DNA of 34,977 nt from a virus (lineage: Duplodnaviria; Caudoviricetes): the IMG/VR virus record IMGVR_UViG_3300017903_001572, positions 1 through 34,977 of that record. One strand, written 5' to 3'. Of the stretch, positions 19,025 to 25,379 are shown piece after piece (within the stretch, counting starts at the first letter, position 1; every line of letters begins with the position of its first letter). The notes beneath the pieces are model-generated. The model was not told the DNA's origin, searched no databases, and saw only the letters and a list, made by a program, of their open reading frames with translations. The position numbers were made by a program, and so were the translations under genes.

Positions 19025-19659
19025 TACTTAGTATCTAGGTTCTTAATCTCATACATGTAATGATCGGACGTTTCTAGTTTACGTTTATTCTCAACCGAAT
19101 ACACTGTCAGATCAATTTCATAACCAGGGTTCTTCTCAATTCTATCAAACACCCATGCATTATCGTACCAAATGATACGATTGTTAGGATATGCATAGTA
19201 GTTGCCAGTCTCTACCTTAAACAGGTGGGCACACTTATGCTCAGGTGTCTCGGAGAAGTTTAAGTCTGGAACACCCTTGTTTTCCCACGACCAGTCTAGA
19301 GTGAACATATACTCACCCAAGACTTTCTTGTTATCTGGTCGGATTAGTTCTGCTTGTAGTCCTGCAAGACGATGACGCCTCTGTACGTCCACATATGGGG
19401 AAAAGCAGTCCCAGTACATAATGTCCTCTAGAGGTTCTATCTTAGCATCAGGACGCCAGCAGAAGGCATGTAGAGGTCTCCTGGTCCAGTTAACACCATT
19501 CTCTAGGAATGCCTCAAACAAAGGCACTCGCTTCTCAATACTCGCAACGCTATGAACGTCGCACTTTGTTACTTCCCCATGACCCTTCTTATGATTAAAC
19601 AAGAACTCATTACGCATGTAACAAGACCAGTCAGGAAGACTATGATTTAAATACGCCAA
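19024..19659 (-). CDS. Conserved hypothetical protein (211 aa), Trp/Cys/His-rich
   Basis: Long ORF tightly packed between the SET gene and the next gene. Motifs WDCFS, GEYMFTLDW, EHKCAH and GNYYAYPNNRIIW resemble a family I recall from marine phages. Confidence 0.8.
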   Translation of the reverse strand: MAYLNHSLPDWSCYMRNEFLFNHKKGHGEVTKCDVHSVASIEKRVPLFEAFLENGVNWTRRPLHAFCWRPDAKIEPLEDIMYWDCFSPYVDVQRRHRLAGLQAELIRPDNKKVLGEYMFTLDWSWENKGVPDLNFSETPEHKCAHLFKVETGNYYAYPNNRIIWYDNAWVFDRIEKNPGYEIDLTVYSVENKRKLETSDHYMYEIKNLDTK

Positions 19660-20018
19660 TCTCTTTCTCCTGGGAAATAATAATCAGTTAGTTCTACGTC
19701 TTTCGGAATGTCCTTAATAGCGTAGAGTTTACCCGTGTCCTTATTATAGGCAACATTTGGGTCGTGTGAGTGATTTATATAATACTGAGGACTTAATTTA
19801 TCCAGATCACTATCAATCCAGAATCCATCCTCATCGCAATACGTTAACGTCGCTAGTCTTTCGCGGATACGTGGATCAACTGCCGTCCATAACACGTACT
19901 CGGTCTTGGAAGGCGTAAAGATACACGTGTCCTTAGGTATATCAGTTATAGAAAAAACACCTACCCCGTCACAGACTTTACTGGGAGCGAGATAGGTGTA
20001 GAGATTTAAAGAATACAT
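19647..20018 (-). CDS. SET-domain protein, putative protein-lysine methyltransferase (123 aa)
   Basis: All three SET signatures present: S-x3-G-x-GVF-x3-DIPK, YINHSHDPNV (NHS motif) and AIKDI-x4-ELTDYY. Confidence 0.85.
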   Translation of the reverse strand: MYSLNLYTYLAPSKVCDGVGVFSITDIPKDTCIFTPSKTEYVLWTAVDPRIRERLATLTYCDEDGFWIDSDLDKLSPQYYINHSHDPNVAYNKDTGKLYAIKDIPKDVELTDYYFPGERDWRI

Positions 20019-20050
20019 TCGGAGATTTTCGGCGTCCCGCTCCTCAGAGC

Positions 20051-20197
20051 TTACTTACCCTGACCACGATACTTCTTCTTTGCCTTGTTACGACTCGTAG
20101 CAGCATACTTCGTATTCTTTCCCATACCTTGACGGGTATTCTTCGGAGTGGACTCAATCATCTGATTGCCCATCAAACCAACTTTTGCTCTTGCCAT
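20051..20197 (-). CDS. Small highly basic protein (48 aa), not in the ORF track
   Basis: Manual translation: MARAKVGLMGNQMIESTPKNTRQGMGKNTKYAATSRNKAKKKYRGQGK (9 K, 4 R, 1 acidic). Starts 3 nt after the PAAR stop. Confidence 0.8.
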   Translation of the reverse strand: MARAKVGLMGNQMIESTPKNTRQGMGKNTKYAATSRNKAKKKYRGQGK

Positions 20198-20200
20198 AGG

Positions 20201-20581
20201 TTATGATAAATTAGAACCAATTACTATTGTAGGATGTTGGAACGGTCCTGTCAAGGGTCTCGGTGAACCTCCTATAATTAACTGAGCTTCATCCCCAGTA
20301 ACAGCAGGAAGTTGTCCGTTGATAATGACAGTTTTGTTCACATTCGGTCTAATTATCCTTGTCCCTGGTTGACAGGGTAAAGGACTGAGAGGATTAATCT
20401 TTACCCCTGTTACAGGATCACATGCATAGGGCACAGGAGCGCCTGCAATGATCTTTAAAGGTTGGTTGCCTACCATCACCGTCGTAGGTACTCCAGCTCC
20501 TCCTATGGCGCTTGCAGGGTATATACACGTGCCATCTGAACTGAGGGTGTCTATTGTCTCAATGCTCGCTAGGTTTGGCAT
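20201..20581 (-). CDS. PAAR-like spike-tip protein (gp5.4-like, 126 aa)
   Basis: NKTVIINGQLPAVTGD and TVMVGNQP motifs, Cys residues, C-terminal PTIVIGS; located in the baseplate cluster. Confidence 0.65.
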   Translation of the reverse strand: MPNLASIETIDTLSSDGTCIYPASAIGGAGVPTTVMVGNQPLKIIAGAPVPYACDPVTGVKINPLSPLPCQPGTRIIRPNVNKTVIINGQLPAVTGDEAQLIIGGSPRPLTGPFQHPTIVIGSNLS

Positions 20582-20783
20582 TCCTTAACTCTTCTACTGC
20601 ATTATGTAGATCGTCAAGCGTCTCCGCTATAGTCTTGTAGTTCTGGCATTGGGGTGGCTTGTACATCAATTGGGGGCGTTCTAATGACGACACCTTCTTC
20701 TCCACCGTCGTCAACCTCTCTTGCAGCTGTAGGAGTAGCTCGTTGTACTTCTGCATTATCAATTGGTTGTCTAGAGGCATCAT
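20559..20783 (-). CDS. Hypothetical coiled-coil protein (74 aa)
   Basis: LLLQLQERLTTVEKKVSSLE heptad pattern followed by LMYKPP…IAETLDDLH. Overlaps both neighbours. Confidence 0.6.
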   Translation of the reverse strand: MMPLDNQLIMQKYNELLLQLQERLTTVEKKVSSLERPQLMYKPPQCQNYKTIAETLDDLHNAVEELRNAKPSEH

Positions 20784-20889
20784 CTAATCCTGCGAAACGT
20801 CTTGCTGCTGCTCCTTCAAACTGATCGCAAAATGCATCAAAGTTCGCAAGGATCTCTTCATACATAGTCGGATCATATTGTGAAGTCAT
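20614..20889 (-). CDS. Hypothetical acidic protein (91 aa)
   Basis: Starts at an ATGA overlap with the stop of the upstream gene. Helical N-terminus YEEILANFDAFCDQFEGAAARRF. Confidence 0.6.
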   Translation of the reverse strand: MTSQYDPTMYEEILANFDAFCDQFEGAAARRFAGLDDASRQPIDNAEVQRATPTAAREVDDGGEEGVVIRTPPIDVQATPMPELQDYSGDA

Positions 20890-21167
20890 AGTTTAGCGTT
20901 GGGTCCATGGGGCAAATTGGGTACGGGCGAATCTGCATGGGGGAATCGCGTTGCTGTCTCAAGCTCAATGACTTTTGCTTCAAGACTAATGAGACGCTCT
21001 GCGAGTTCCTCAATGACACTCGCCATTCTATCCAGTTGGCGTTCGTGCAGTGCTACCATGAATTTCGGATCCTCTTTGAGATCCTTCATGGCACGTGCTG
21101 ATTGCTCAAACTCAGGTGCTCCAGGTTCTAATGTAGTCTCTTCAGTGATAACGAGGTTTTCAGTCAT
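20886..21167 (-). CDS. Hypothetical coiled-coil protein (93 aa), first gene of the late block
   Basis: ATG at 21167 (MTENLVITEE) lies downstream of an ATAAATA box. Heptads RMASVIEELAERLISLEAKVIELE. Confidence 0.7.
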   Translation of the reverse strand: MTENLVITEETTLEPGAPEFEQSARAMKDLKEDPKFMVALHERQLDRMASVIEELAERLISLEAKVIELETATRFPHADSPVPNLPHGPNAKL

Positions 21168-21224
21168 TTTTTTCTGGGGGAAATTTTTTAATTTCAAAGG
21201 TTTTCACAAACCCATTCTAGCATA

Positions 21225-21231
21225 TATTTAT
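21225..21231 (-). promoter_or_regulatory. Late promoter-like ATAAATA heading the PAAR/SET/baseplate block
   Basis: tatttat on + in the intergenic gap at the early/late boundary. Confidence 0.6.
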
Positions 21232-21350
21232 CGCTCGTCTGGATACTTTTGTAGGTTAGGGTAGTTTGGGTTTTTTAGAAACCGCTTGGCGACCTAAGGG
21301 GGGCGGGGGCAAACCCAACCAACTGCCCGAGGTGTGATATACTGCCTGAC

Positions 21351-22010
21351 TCAGGCGAGGCAGCAACCCTCAGGTGCAAACCCTGTGAGCAGTCGGTAGG
21401 TGTAGGCAAATGCCAGAGCGTTCTCCTCTACGGGGCGACCCATGCGACCCTGCATGTTGCAACGGGGCAGACCCTCGCTGTCGTAGTGGAAACGCACAGG
21501 GGCGTTGGTGTGGGACTGACCGATCCAACCGTCTGCCCAGGGCTGGGGTTCGGTCAGTGTGTCGCGGTACTCTGCGATGATGGAGTCCAGCAGGGACAGG
21601 GGCAGCACGAACCACTCGCCGCCGCCCTGCTGCTGTGTGTAGAACTTGCGATAGTGCTCAGGGATGCTGTGGTCCATGCCATGCAGGGTGCTGTGTCCCA
21701 TCTCTTGCAGGCGGGCATGGATTCGTGCCTCTGCTCTGCCCACGTTGGTGACAGTCAGCAGGGCATGGTATGTGGTGTCGCCGTCGTTGCTGGTGCGGTG
21801 GTTGCCCAGCACCTTGAACGCCTCTGCCTCTCCACCTGATGCCAGACCGACCTTGACTGCGACCCAATCGCTGTCGTCTGCTGTGATGGCGTTGGATGCA
21901 GACACCATGAAATAGATGACGCCCTCACCCTTGGGTTGCTTGCCAACCTGCTTGCCCTTCTTGGTCTTGGTGGCGAAGGTGTGGTTGGTGGGGAGTTGTT
22001 TCGCGGGCAT
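21351..22010 (-). CDS. T5orf172 / MUG113-type GIY-YIG-related protein (219 aa)
   Basis: GVIYFM…VKVG…AEARIHARL…GGEWF pattern; has its own promoter cassette upstream. Confidence 0.65.
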   Translation of the reverse strand: MPAKQLPTNHTFATKTKKGKQVGKQPKGEGVIYFMVSASNAITADDSDWVAVKVGLASGGEAEAFKVLGNHRTSNDGDTTYHALLTVTNVGRAEARIHARLQEMGHSTLHGMDHSIPEHYRKFYTQQQGGGEWFVLPLSLLDSIIAEYRDTLTEPQPWADGWIGQSHTNAPVRFHYDSEGLPRCNMQGRMGRPVEENALAFAYTYRLLTGFAPEGCCLA

Positions 22011-22033
22011 GTCGGTTGCCTGTCGTTGATGAA

Positions 22034-22088
22034 ATTATAGAGCCCAGGGCGGCGTTGCCTACCCATAGGGGACGGTTCAGCGACCGTA
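22034..22088 (-). promoter_or_regulatory. Early promoter cassette 1: palindrome + TATAAT
   Basis: TATAAT at 22039-22034; gacggtt-cagc-gaccgta at 22071-22088; 31 nt gap. Confidence 0.65.
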
Positions 22089-22268
22089 CCCATAGCGGCG
22101 GGCGTCACGTTCCCAACGGCGGCGATCGTAATCCTCTGCCGTGAAATTGTCGTCAAAGTCACCATCCCATGCCATAGGTTGCCCAGCGCGACCCGTCAGG
22201 TCAGCGAAGGTTGCGCGGTAAGGGGCGCGGCAATAGCGTTGATCGTGGTTCATGTCGTTTGTGTTCAT
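22077..22268 (-). CDS. Hypothetical protein (63 aa)
   Basis: ATG 6 nt downstream of TATAAT; stop falls inside the next palindrome. Confidence 0.65.
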   Translation of the reverse strand: MNTNDMNHDQRYCRAPYRATFADLTGRAGQPMAWDGDFDDNFTAEDYDRRRWERDARRYGYGR

Positions 22269-22274
22269 GGGTCA

Positions 22275-22331
22275 ATTATAAGGGGTCAGGGGCGCAGTCT
22301 GGGGGTGATGGTAGACAGTTCAGCAACCGAA
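22275..22331 (-). promoter_or_regulatory. Early promoter cassette 2
   Basis: TATAAT at 22280-22275; gacagtt-cagc-aaccgaa at 22314-22331; 33 nt gap. Confidence 0.7.
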
Positions 22332-22538
22332 CAGTAGGTCAGCGATCTGGTCAACCTGATCCACCTTGCCACCTGCTCGCATCCATTTCATCGCCTTGCC
22401 GTTGTGGGGGACTTTCCAGATCATACACTCTTCGCCCCATGCCTGAGCGATGCGGTCGGCATGATCTATAGAGGTTGCCCAGTCGCACCCGTGAGGGTCA
22501 AAGTTTGCCCAGGCGGCGGGTTGAACGGCGAAGGTCAT
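22320..22538 (-). CDS. Hypothetical protein (72 aa)
   Basis: MTFAVQPAAW…; preceded by TATAAT and an A/C-rich leader. Confidence 0.7.
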   Translation of the reverse strand: MTFAVQPAAWANFDPHGCDWATSIDHADRIAQAWGEECMIWKVPHNGKAMKWMRAGGKVDQVDQIADLLFGC

Positions 22539-22560
22539 CGGTTGCTGTGTCGTTGGTGAA

Positions 22561-22587
22561 ATTATACCATGGAGGGGCGACCCCTCA
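22561..22587 (-). promoter_or_regulatory. Hairpin-type early promoter (GAGGGG-N3-CCCCTC-CATGG-TATAAT)
   Basis: 6-bp GC stem at 22572-22586, 5 nt upstream of TATAAT (22566-22561); near-identical copy at 23120-23147. Confidence 0.65.
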
Positions 22588-22836
22588 CAGTTCCCACAGC
22601 ATGTCGTTCATCTCGTCTGCATCAATGGCAGGGTCATCCCAGCGCACACCGTCGCCAGTCTTGACGAGGTGGCGACCAATCTGCCCGTCAGTCATGCAGC
22701 GGACAAACTTCTGCCAGGGGGTCTCAATGCCTGCCTCTCGGTAGGTCACACATGCCTTAGCAGTGTTGTAGAGAAACTCATCGTTGCCGATCCACAGGGC
22801 AGCGTTCCAAGTTTCGTAGTTTGCCCAACCGTTCAT
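22585..22836 (-). CDS. Conserved phage hypothetical protein (83 aa)
   Basis: Start moved to ATG 22836, downstream of TATACT. MNGWANYETWNAALWIGNDEFLY is a motif I recognise from phage early proteins. Confidence 0.75.
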   Translation of the reverse strand: MNGWANYETWNAALWIGNDEFLYNTAKACVTYREAGIETPWQKFVRCMTDGQIGRHLVKTGDGVRWDDPAIDADEMNDMLWEL

Positions 22837-22863
22837 GGTGTCGTGTGTTGTGTTGATGTGATC

Positions 22864-22921
22864 AGTATAAGGGGTCAGCGGCGAGGACGGCGACACCCTG
22901 TGTGATAGTTTACCCACTGTC
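22864..22921 (-). promoter_or_regulatory. Early promoter cassette 3
   Basis: TATACT at 22869-22864; gatagtt-tacc-cactgtc at 22904-22921; 34 nt gap. Confidence 0.65.
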
Positions 22922-23099
22922 CCAGGGAGCGGTCTCCTGCCATCATCAACGCTAGGATGTCACGTCGGCGGGTAGTATAGGTGTACTCCTCAGTGGGCGA
23001 CTTAAACCAGCGGACCTTGAATGTGCCAGTCAGCGGATTGACCTTGAGAGTCCAGACGCTATGTGAGACGCTAGGGGAGACGGGTGAGATGTTGATCAT
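22875..23099 (-). CDS. KTSC-like small protein (74 aa)
   Basis: Start moved to ATG 23099. S-x-SV…V-x-W…Y-x-Y…SLGQWVN resembles the KTSC pattern. Confidence 0.55.
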   Translation of the reverse strand: MINISPVSPSVSHSVWTLKVNPLTGTFKVRWFKSPTEEYTYTTRRRDILALMMAGDRSLGQWVNYHTGCRRPRR

Positions 23100-23119
23100 G
23101 TGGAGGTGTTGTTGTGTGT

Positions 23120-23147
23120 ATTGTACCATGGAGGGGATGACCCCTCA
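23120..23147 (-). promoter_or_regulatory. Hairpin-type early promoter, copy 2 (GAGGGG-N4-CCCCTC-CATGG-TACAAT)
   Basis: Stem at 23131-23146; TACAAT at 23125-23120. Confidence 0.65.
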
Positions 23148-23151
23148 GGCA

Positions 23152-23322
23152 TCACATGCCGTTGAGCATCTCAGCGATCGCCTCGCGATACTCCTCCTCA
23201 GTCTCAAAGGTGCGACCGTAGACAGTCTTGGGGAACTCGCCCAACTTAGCAGGAGTGGGCACATAGTCGCGACCCTTAGCGTAGATCTGAGCGATGTAGG
23301 GGTTGGAAGTGGTTTTGTTCAT
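23152..23322 (-). CDS. Hypothetical protein (56 aa), not in the ORF track
   Basis: MNKTTSNPYIAQIYAKGRDYVPTPAKLGEFPKTVYGRTFETEEEYREAIAEMLNGM; ATG 6 nt after TATAAT. Confidence 0.7.
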   Translation of the reverse strand: MNKTTSNPYIAQIYAKGRDYVPTPAKLGEFPKTVYGRTFETEEEYREAIAEMLNGM

Positions 23323-23328
23323 GCAACC

Positions 23329-23385
23329 ATTATAAGCACAGGGTCGGACGCTTTGGGGGCAATGGTGGACACTCTGCCAACTGGT
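23329..23385 (-). promoter_or_regulatory. Early promoter cassette 4
   Basis: TATAAT at 23334-23329; gacactc-tgcc-aactggt at 23368-23385; 33 nt gap. Confidence 0.65.
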
Positions 23386-23402
23386 CGGGCGGCTGACCAG
23401 TT
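23379..23402. terminator. Stem-loop AACTGGTC-N8-GACCAGTT right after a stop codon
   Basis: Perfect 8-bp inverted repeat 4 nt downstream of the 23407 stop. It shares one arm with the cassette-4 palindrome and has no strong U-tract. Confidence 0.4.
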
Positions 23403-23406
23403 TGTG

Positions 23407-23628
23407 TTACTTAAGGACGTGACGGTAGTCTATACTTTTAACGCAGAATCCCGTAGCACAAGTAATCTCCTCTACGAGGTCATCTTCATCATCTGCTTCC
23501 CAGATTGTTGTCATCGTTTGATTAACAAACCCTTGCTTTTCATCATCGGTCAGATAATCGTCAAGAGTGTCACCATCACCAATGTCGTCGGTGAAATCAA
23601 ACTCAATGTCAGTGACTTGGTACATCAT
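23407..23628 (-). CDS. Hypothetical acidic protein (73 aa)
   Basis: YQVTDIEFDF…WEADDEDDLVEEITCATGFCVKSIDY; tightly packed in operon. Confidence 0.75.
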   Translation of the reverse strand: MMYQVTDIEFDFTDDIGDGDTLDDYLTDDEKQGFVNQTMTTIWEADDEDDLVEEITCATGFCVKSIDYRHVLK

Positions 23629-23633
23629 TGTTG

Positions 23634-23861
23634 TTACTTAGCGTCAGGAATGAGGTCAATCAATGTGTCCTCATCGTACAATTCTACGATCTCGTCAGTG
23701 ATGTCGTCCCATGTGCATTTCTCGTACTCGCGAATCAACAAATCATAGCAGATCTGCTCCATGGATTGTATGTCCAACCCATCAATGATATGGTGGACAT
23801 AGTTTTCAACCAGACCGTCAAGATCTTGCTCGCTGGGCGATGGTGCTGTCATTGTTGTCAT
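23634..23861 (-). CDS. Hypothetical acidic protein (75 aa)
   Basis: ORF track; helical, operon-packed. Confidence 0.7.
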   Translation of the reverse strand: MTTMTAPSPSEQDLDGLVENYVHHIIDGLDIQSMEQICYDLLIREYEKCTWDDITDEIVELYDEDTLIDLIPDAK

Positions 23862-23872
23862 TTAGTGTGGTT

Positions 23873-23992
23873 TCAGTTGTTGATGTCGGACAGGTCAACT
23901 CCTAGTTCCCCGTTCTCATCTTCAACGAGAACAGTTTCAATGTCTGGCACATCAAAGATTTCGCCAGGCATGTCTTGAATCTCGTCCCACAT
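23873..23992 (-). CDS. Hypothetical acidic peptide (39 aa)
   Basis: Start moved to ATG 23992 (MWDEIQDMPGEIFD…), downstream of the CATACT box. Confidence 0.6.
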   Translation of the reverse strand: MWDEIQDMPGEIFDVPDIETVLVEDENGELGVDLSDINN

Positions 23993-24017
23993 AGGTCTCG
24001 TTTGTGTCAACAATGGT

Positions 24018-24097
24018 AGTATGGCAGAGGAGAGGTTGATAATCAAGCGGTGCTGTGCCAGTTCTGAAGTTGTCACTGTGCCAACTCACAAAGTGAC
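24018..24097 (-). promoter_or_regulatory. Early promoter cassette 5 with a second tandem palindrome
   Basis: CATACT at 24023-24018; gccagtt-ctga-agttgtc at 24057-24074 (33 nt gap); weaker copy gccaact-caca-aagtgac at 24080-24097. Confidence 0.6.
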
Positions 24098-24141
24098 ACA
24101 GTGAGGCAGCCGCTTCGCTTCTTTATACTGTACACTGACAA

Positions 24142-24276
24142 TCAGTCCTGTGTAGTGTAATCAACCTCTACAGAGATAGTACAACTATCATCGTAGTAGT
24201 TAGTATCACTAACTCCACAGAGTGTTTCTTCTAACAACTGCTCCTGCAGTTCTTGATACATTTCTGTTACAGTCAT
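24142..24276 (-). CDS. Hypothetical acidic peptide (44 aa)
   Basis: Manual translation MTVTEMYQELQEQLLEETLCGVSDTNYYDDSCTISVEVDYTTQD. Confidence 0.45.
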   Translation of the reverse strand: MTVTEMYQELQEQLLEETLCGVSDTNYYDDSCTISVEVDYTTQD

Positions 24277-24435
24277 AGTAACACTTACTATAGGGTACTA
24301 ATAGTTATACTAGAGATAACCTAATTTGACAGTTTAGTGCAACACTTTTTACCGATTAACCACAAAAACCAGGGGAAGAGTTCATTGTTACAACTAGTCG
24401 GTAAAATGTTAGACACGTTAAAGGTTAATTTCCGA

Positions 24436-24490
24436 AAAGTGCAAAAAAGCGAAAAACCCAAGAATCTCAAAATTTGAGAAACTTGGGTTT
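24436..24490 (-). terminator. Intrinsic terminator-like long hairpin with U-tracts
   Basis: AAACCCAAG/CTTGGGTTT (24454-24462 / 24482-24490) encloses TCTCAAA/TTTGAGA, followed on - by TTCGCTTTTTTG; 6 nt after the 24497 stop. Confidence 0.65.
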
Positions 24491-24496
24491 CTGAGT

Positions 24497-24823
24497 TTAT
24501 GCAAATTCAGCGAAAGTGTAACCGTTGACAAACTTGTGAATGCGCTTGTTGTCAGTGATGAACCACTCAAACTTGTGCTGATAAACACCATCGGTGTAGG
24601 CACAGCAGAACTCGTTGATGATGGCATTCAGGCGAGATTTGGTGGTGTTGGACTGCCAACCACCATCAAAGATGCGAACGAAAGCATCACCGATCTCAGC
24701 AATCTTGTTACCGTGCAGGTACACAGTAGACACGTCGTCGTTGTTAGAAACCGTGGTGTTGGACATGTGCCAGTCAGTCTTATTCTTGATGGCGACGTTC
24801 ATCAGTTTCTCAATCTTACGCAT
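24497..24823 (-). CDS. Conserved phage hypothetical protein (108 aa)
   Basis: MRKIE…VYLHGNKIA…DGGWQSNTTKSRLNA motif, which I recognise from cyanophage early regions. Confidence 0.8.
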   Translation of the reverse strand: MRKIEKLMNVAIKNKTDWHMSNTTVSNNDDVSTVYLHGNKIAEIGDAFVRIFDGGWQSNTTKSRLNAIINEFCCAYTDGVYQHKFEWFITDNKRIHKFVNGYTFAEFA

Positions 24824-24868
24824 GGTCAGTGTAGTGAAGTGTACGTGGTGGACTGGAGAGACTGCAGG

Positions 24869-25033
24869 TCAGGCGACCTTAGCAGCATCAGCAGCACCCT
24901 CAAGTTTGCCGCACAACTGGTTCAGCACGAGGTCGGTGCTGTTGTCATCCTCCAGGAAGGGGCAGTCAGCAGCACGCTCAAGTGCCTCGGTGAAGACGGC
25001 GATCTGCTCAGCGGTGAAAGTGACGGTGATCAT
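24869..25033 (-). CDS. Hypothetical protein (54 aa), not in the ORF track
   Basis: MITVTFTAEQIAVFTEALERAADCPFLEDDNSTDLVLNQLCGKLEGAADAAKVA; directly follows the cassette-6 leader. Confidence 0.7.
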   Translation of the reverse strand: MITVTFTAEQIAVFTEALERAADCPFLEDDNSTDLVLNQLCGKLEGAADAAKVA

Positions 25034-25038
25034 GGTCG

Positions 25039-25111
25039 GTTGCGTTGATGAACTTAGTATAGGGCAGGGAGGGGTCAGCGGATGTCGCCGTGGACCACTA
25101 CGTCAGCTGGC
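25039..25111 (-). promoter_or_regulatory. Early promoter cassette 6
   Basis: TATACT at 25061-25056; accacta-cgtc-agctggc at 25094-25111 (32 nt gap); 25039-25064 is identical to 29291-29316. Confidence 0.65.
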
Positions 25112-25302
25112 ACACGGGAGACGGTGTAGCGACGGATCTGCTGCGAGAATGGACGCCAGGCATCAACAGTCTCATTCACGATGCGATTGTGCTGACGATC
25201 TGCACCCTTAGCAGTGCTGCACTTGCGACACTTGCGAAAATAGATGATGGGGTGCTGAGGTGCATCAACAGTGTCAATCTCAACCTTATAGAAGACGTTC
25301 AT
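25075..25302 (-). CDS. Hypothetical basic protein (75 aa)
   Basis: ATG preceded by AGGAG; follows cassette 7. Confidence 0.7.
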   Translation of the reverse strand: MNVFYKVEIDTVDAPQHPIIYFRKCRKCSTAKGADRQHNRIVNETVDAWRPFSQQIRRYTVSRVPADVVVHGDIR

Positions 25303-25324
25303 GTGATCTCCTGACGACTTCCAT

Positions 25325-25379
25325 ACAATACACGATCCTGACCCCAGTTCAACCTATAGTGGACACTTCAATAACTGTC
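25325..25379 (-). promoter_or_regulatory. Early promoter cassette 7
   Basis: TATTGT at 25330-25325; gacactt-caat-aactgtc at 25362-25379; 31 nt gap. Confidence 0.65.

Noticed and set aside
21168-21197. Homopolymer runs (T8, G5, T6) and the TTG-started extension of the 103-aa ORF as a frameshift or phase-variation site
   Set aside because: The runs lie upstream of the better ATG at 21167 in the late leader; no second frame to join.
22981-23748. 255-aa plus-strand ORF
   Set aside because: Antisense to four minus-strand genes that have their own promoters; no recognisable domain; explained by codon bias of the real strand.
24536-25211. 170-aa and 198-aa plus-strand ORFs
   Set aside because: Antisense shadows in a GC-rich segment overlapping supported minus-strand genes and a promoter cassette.
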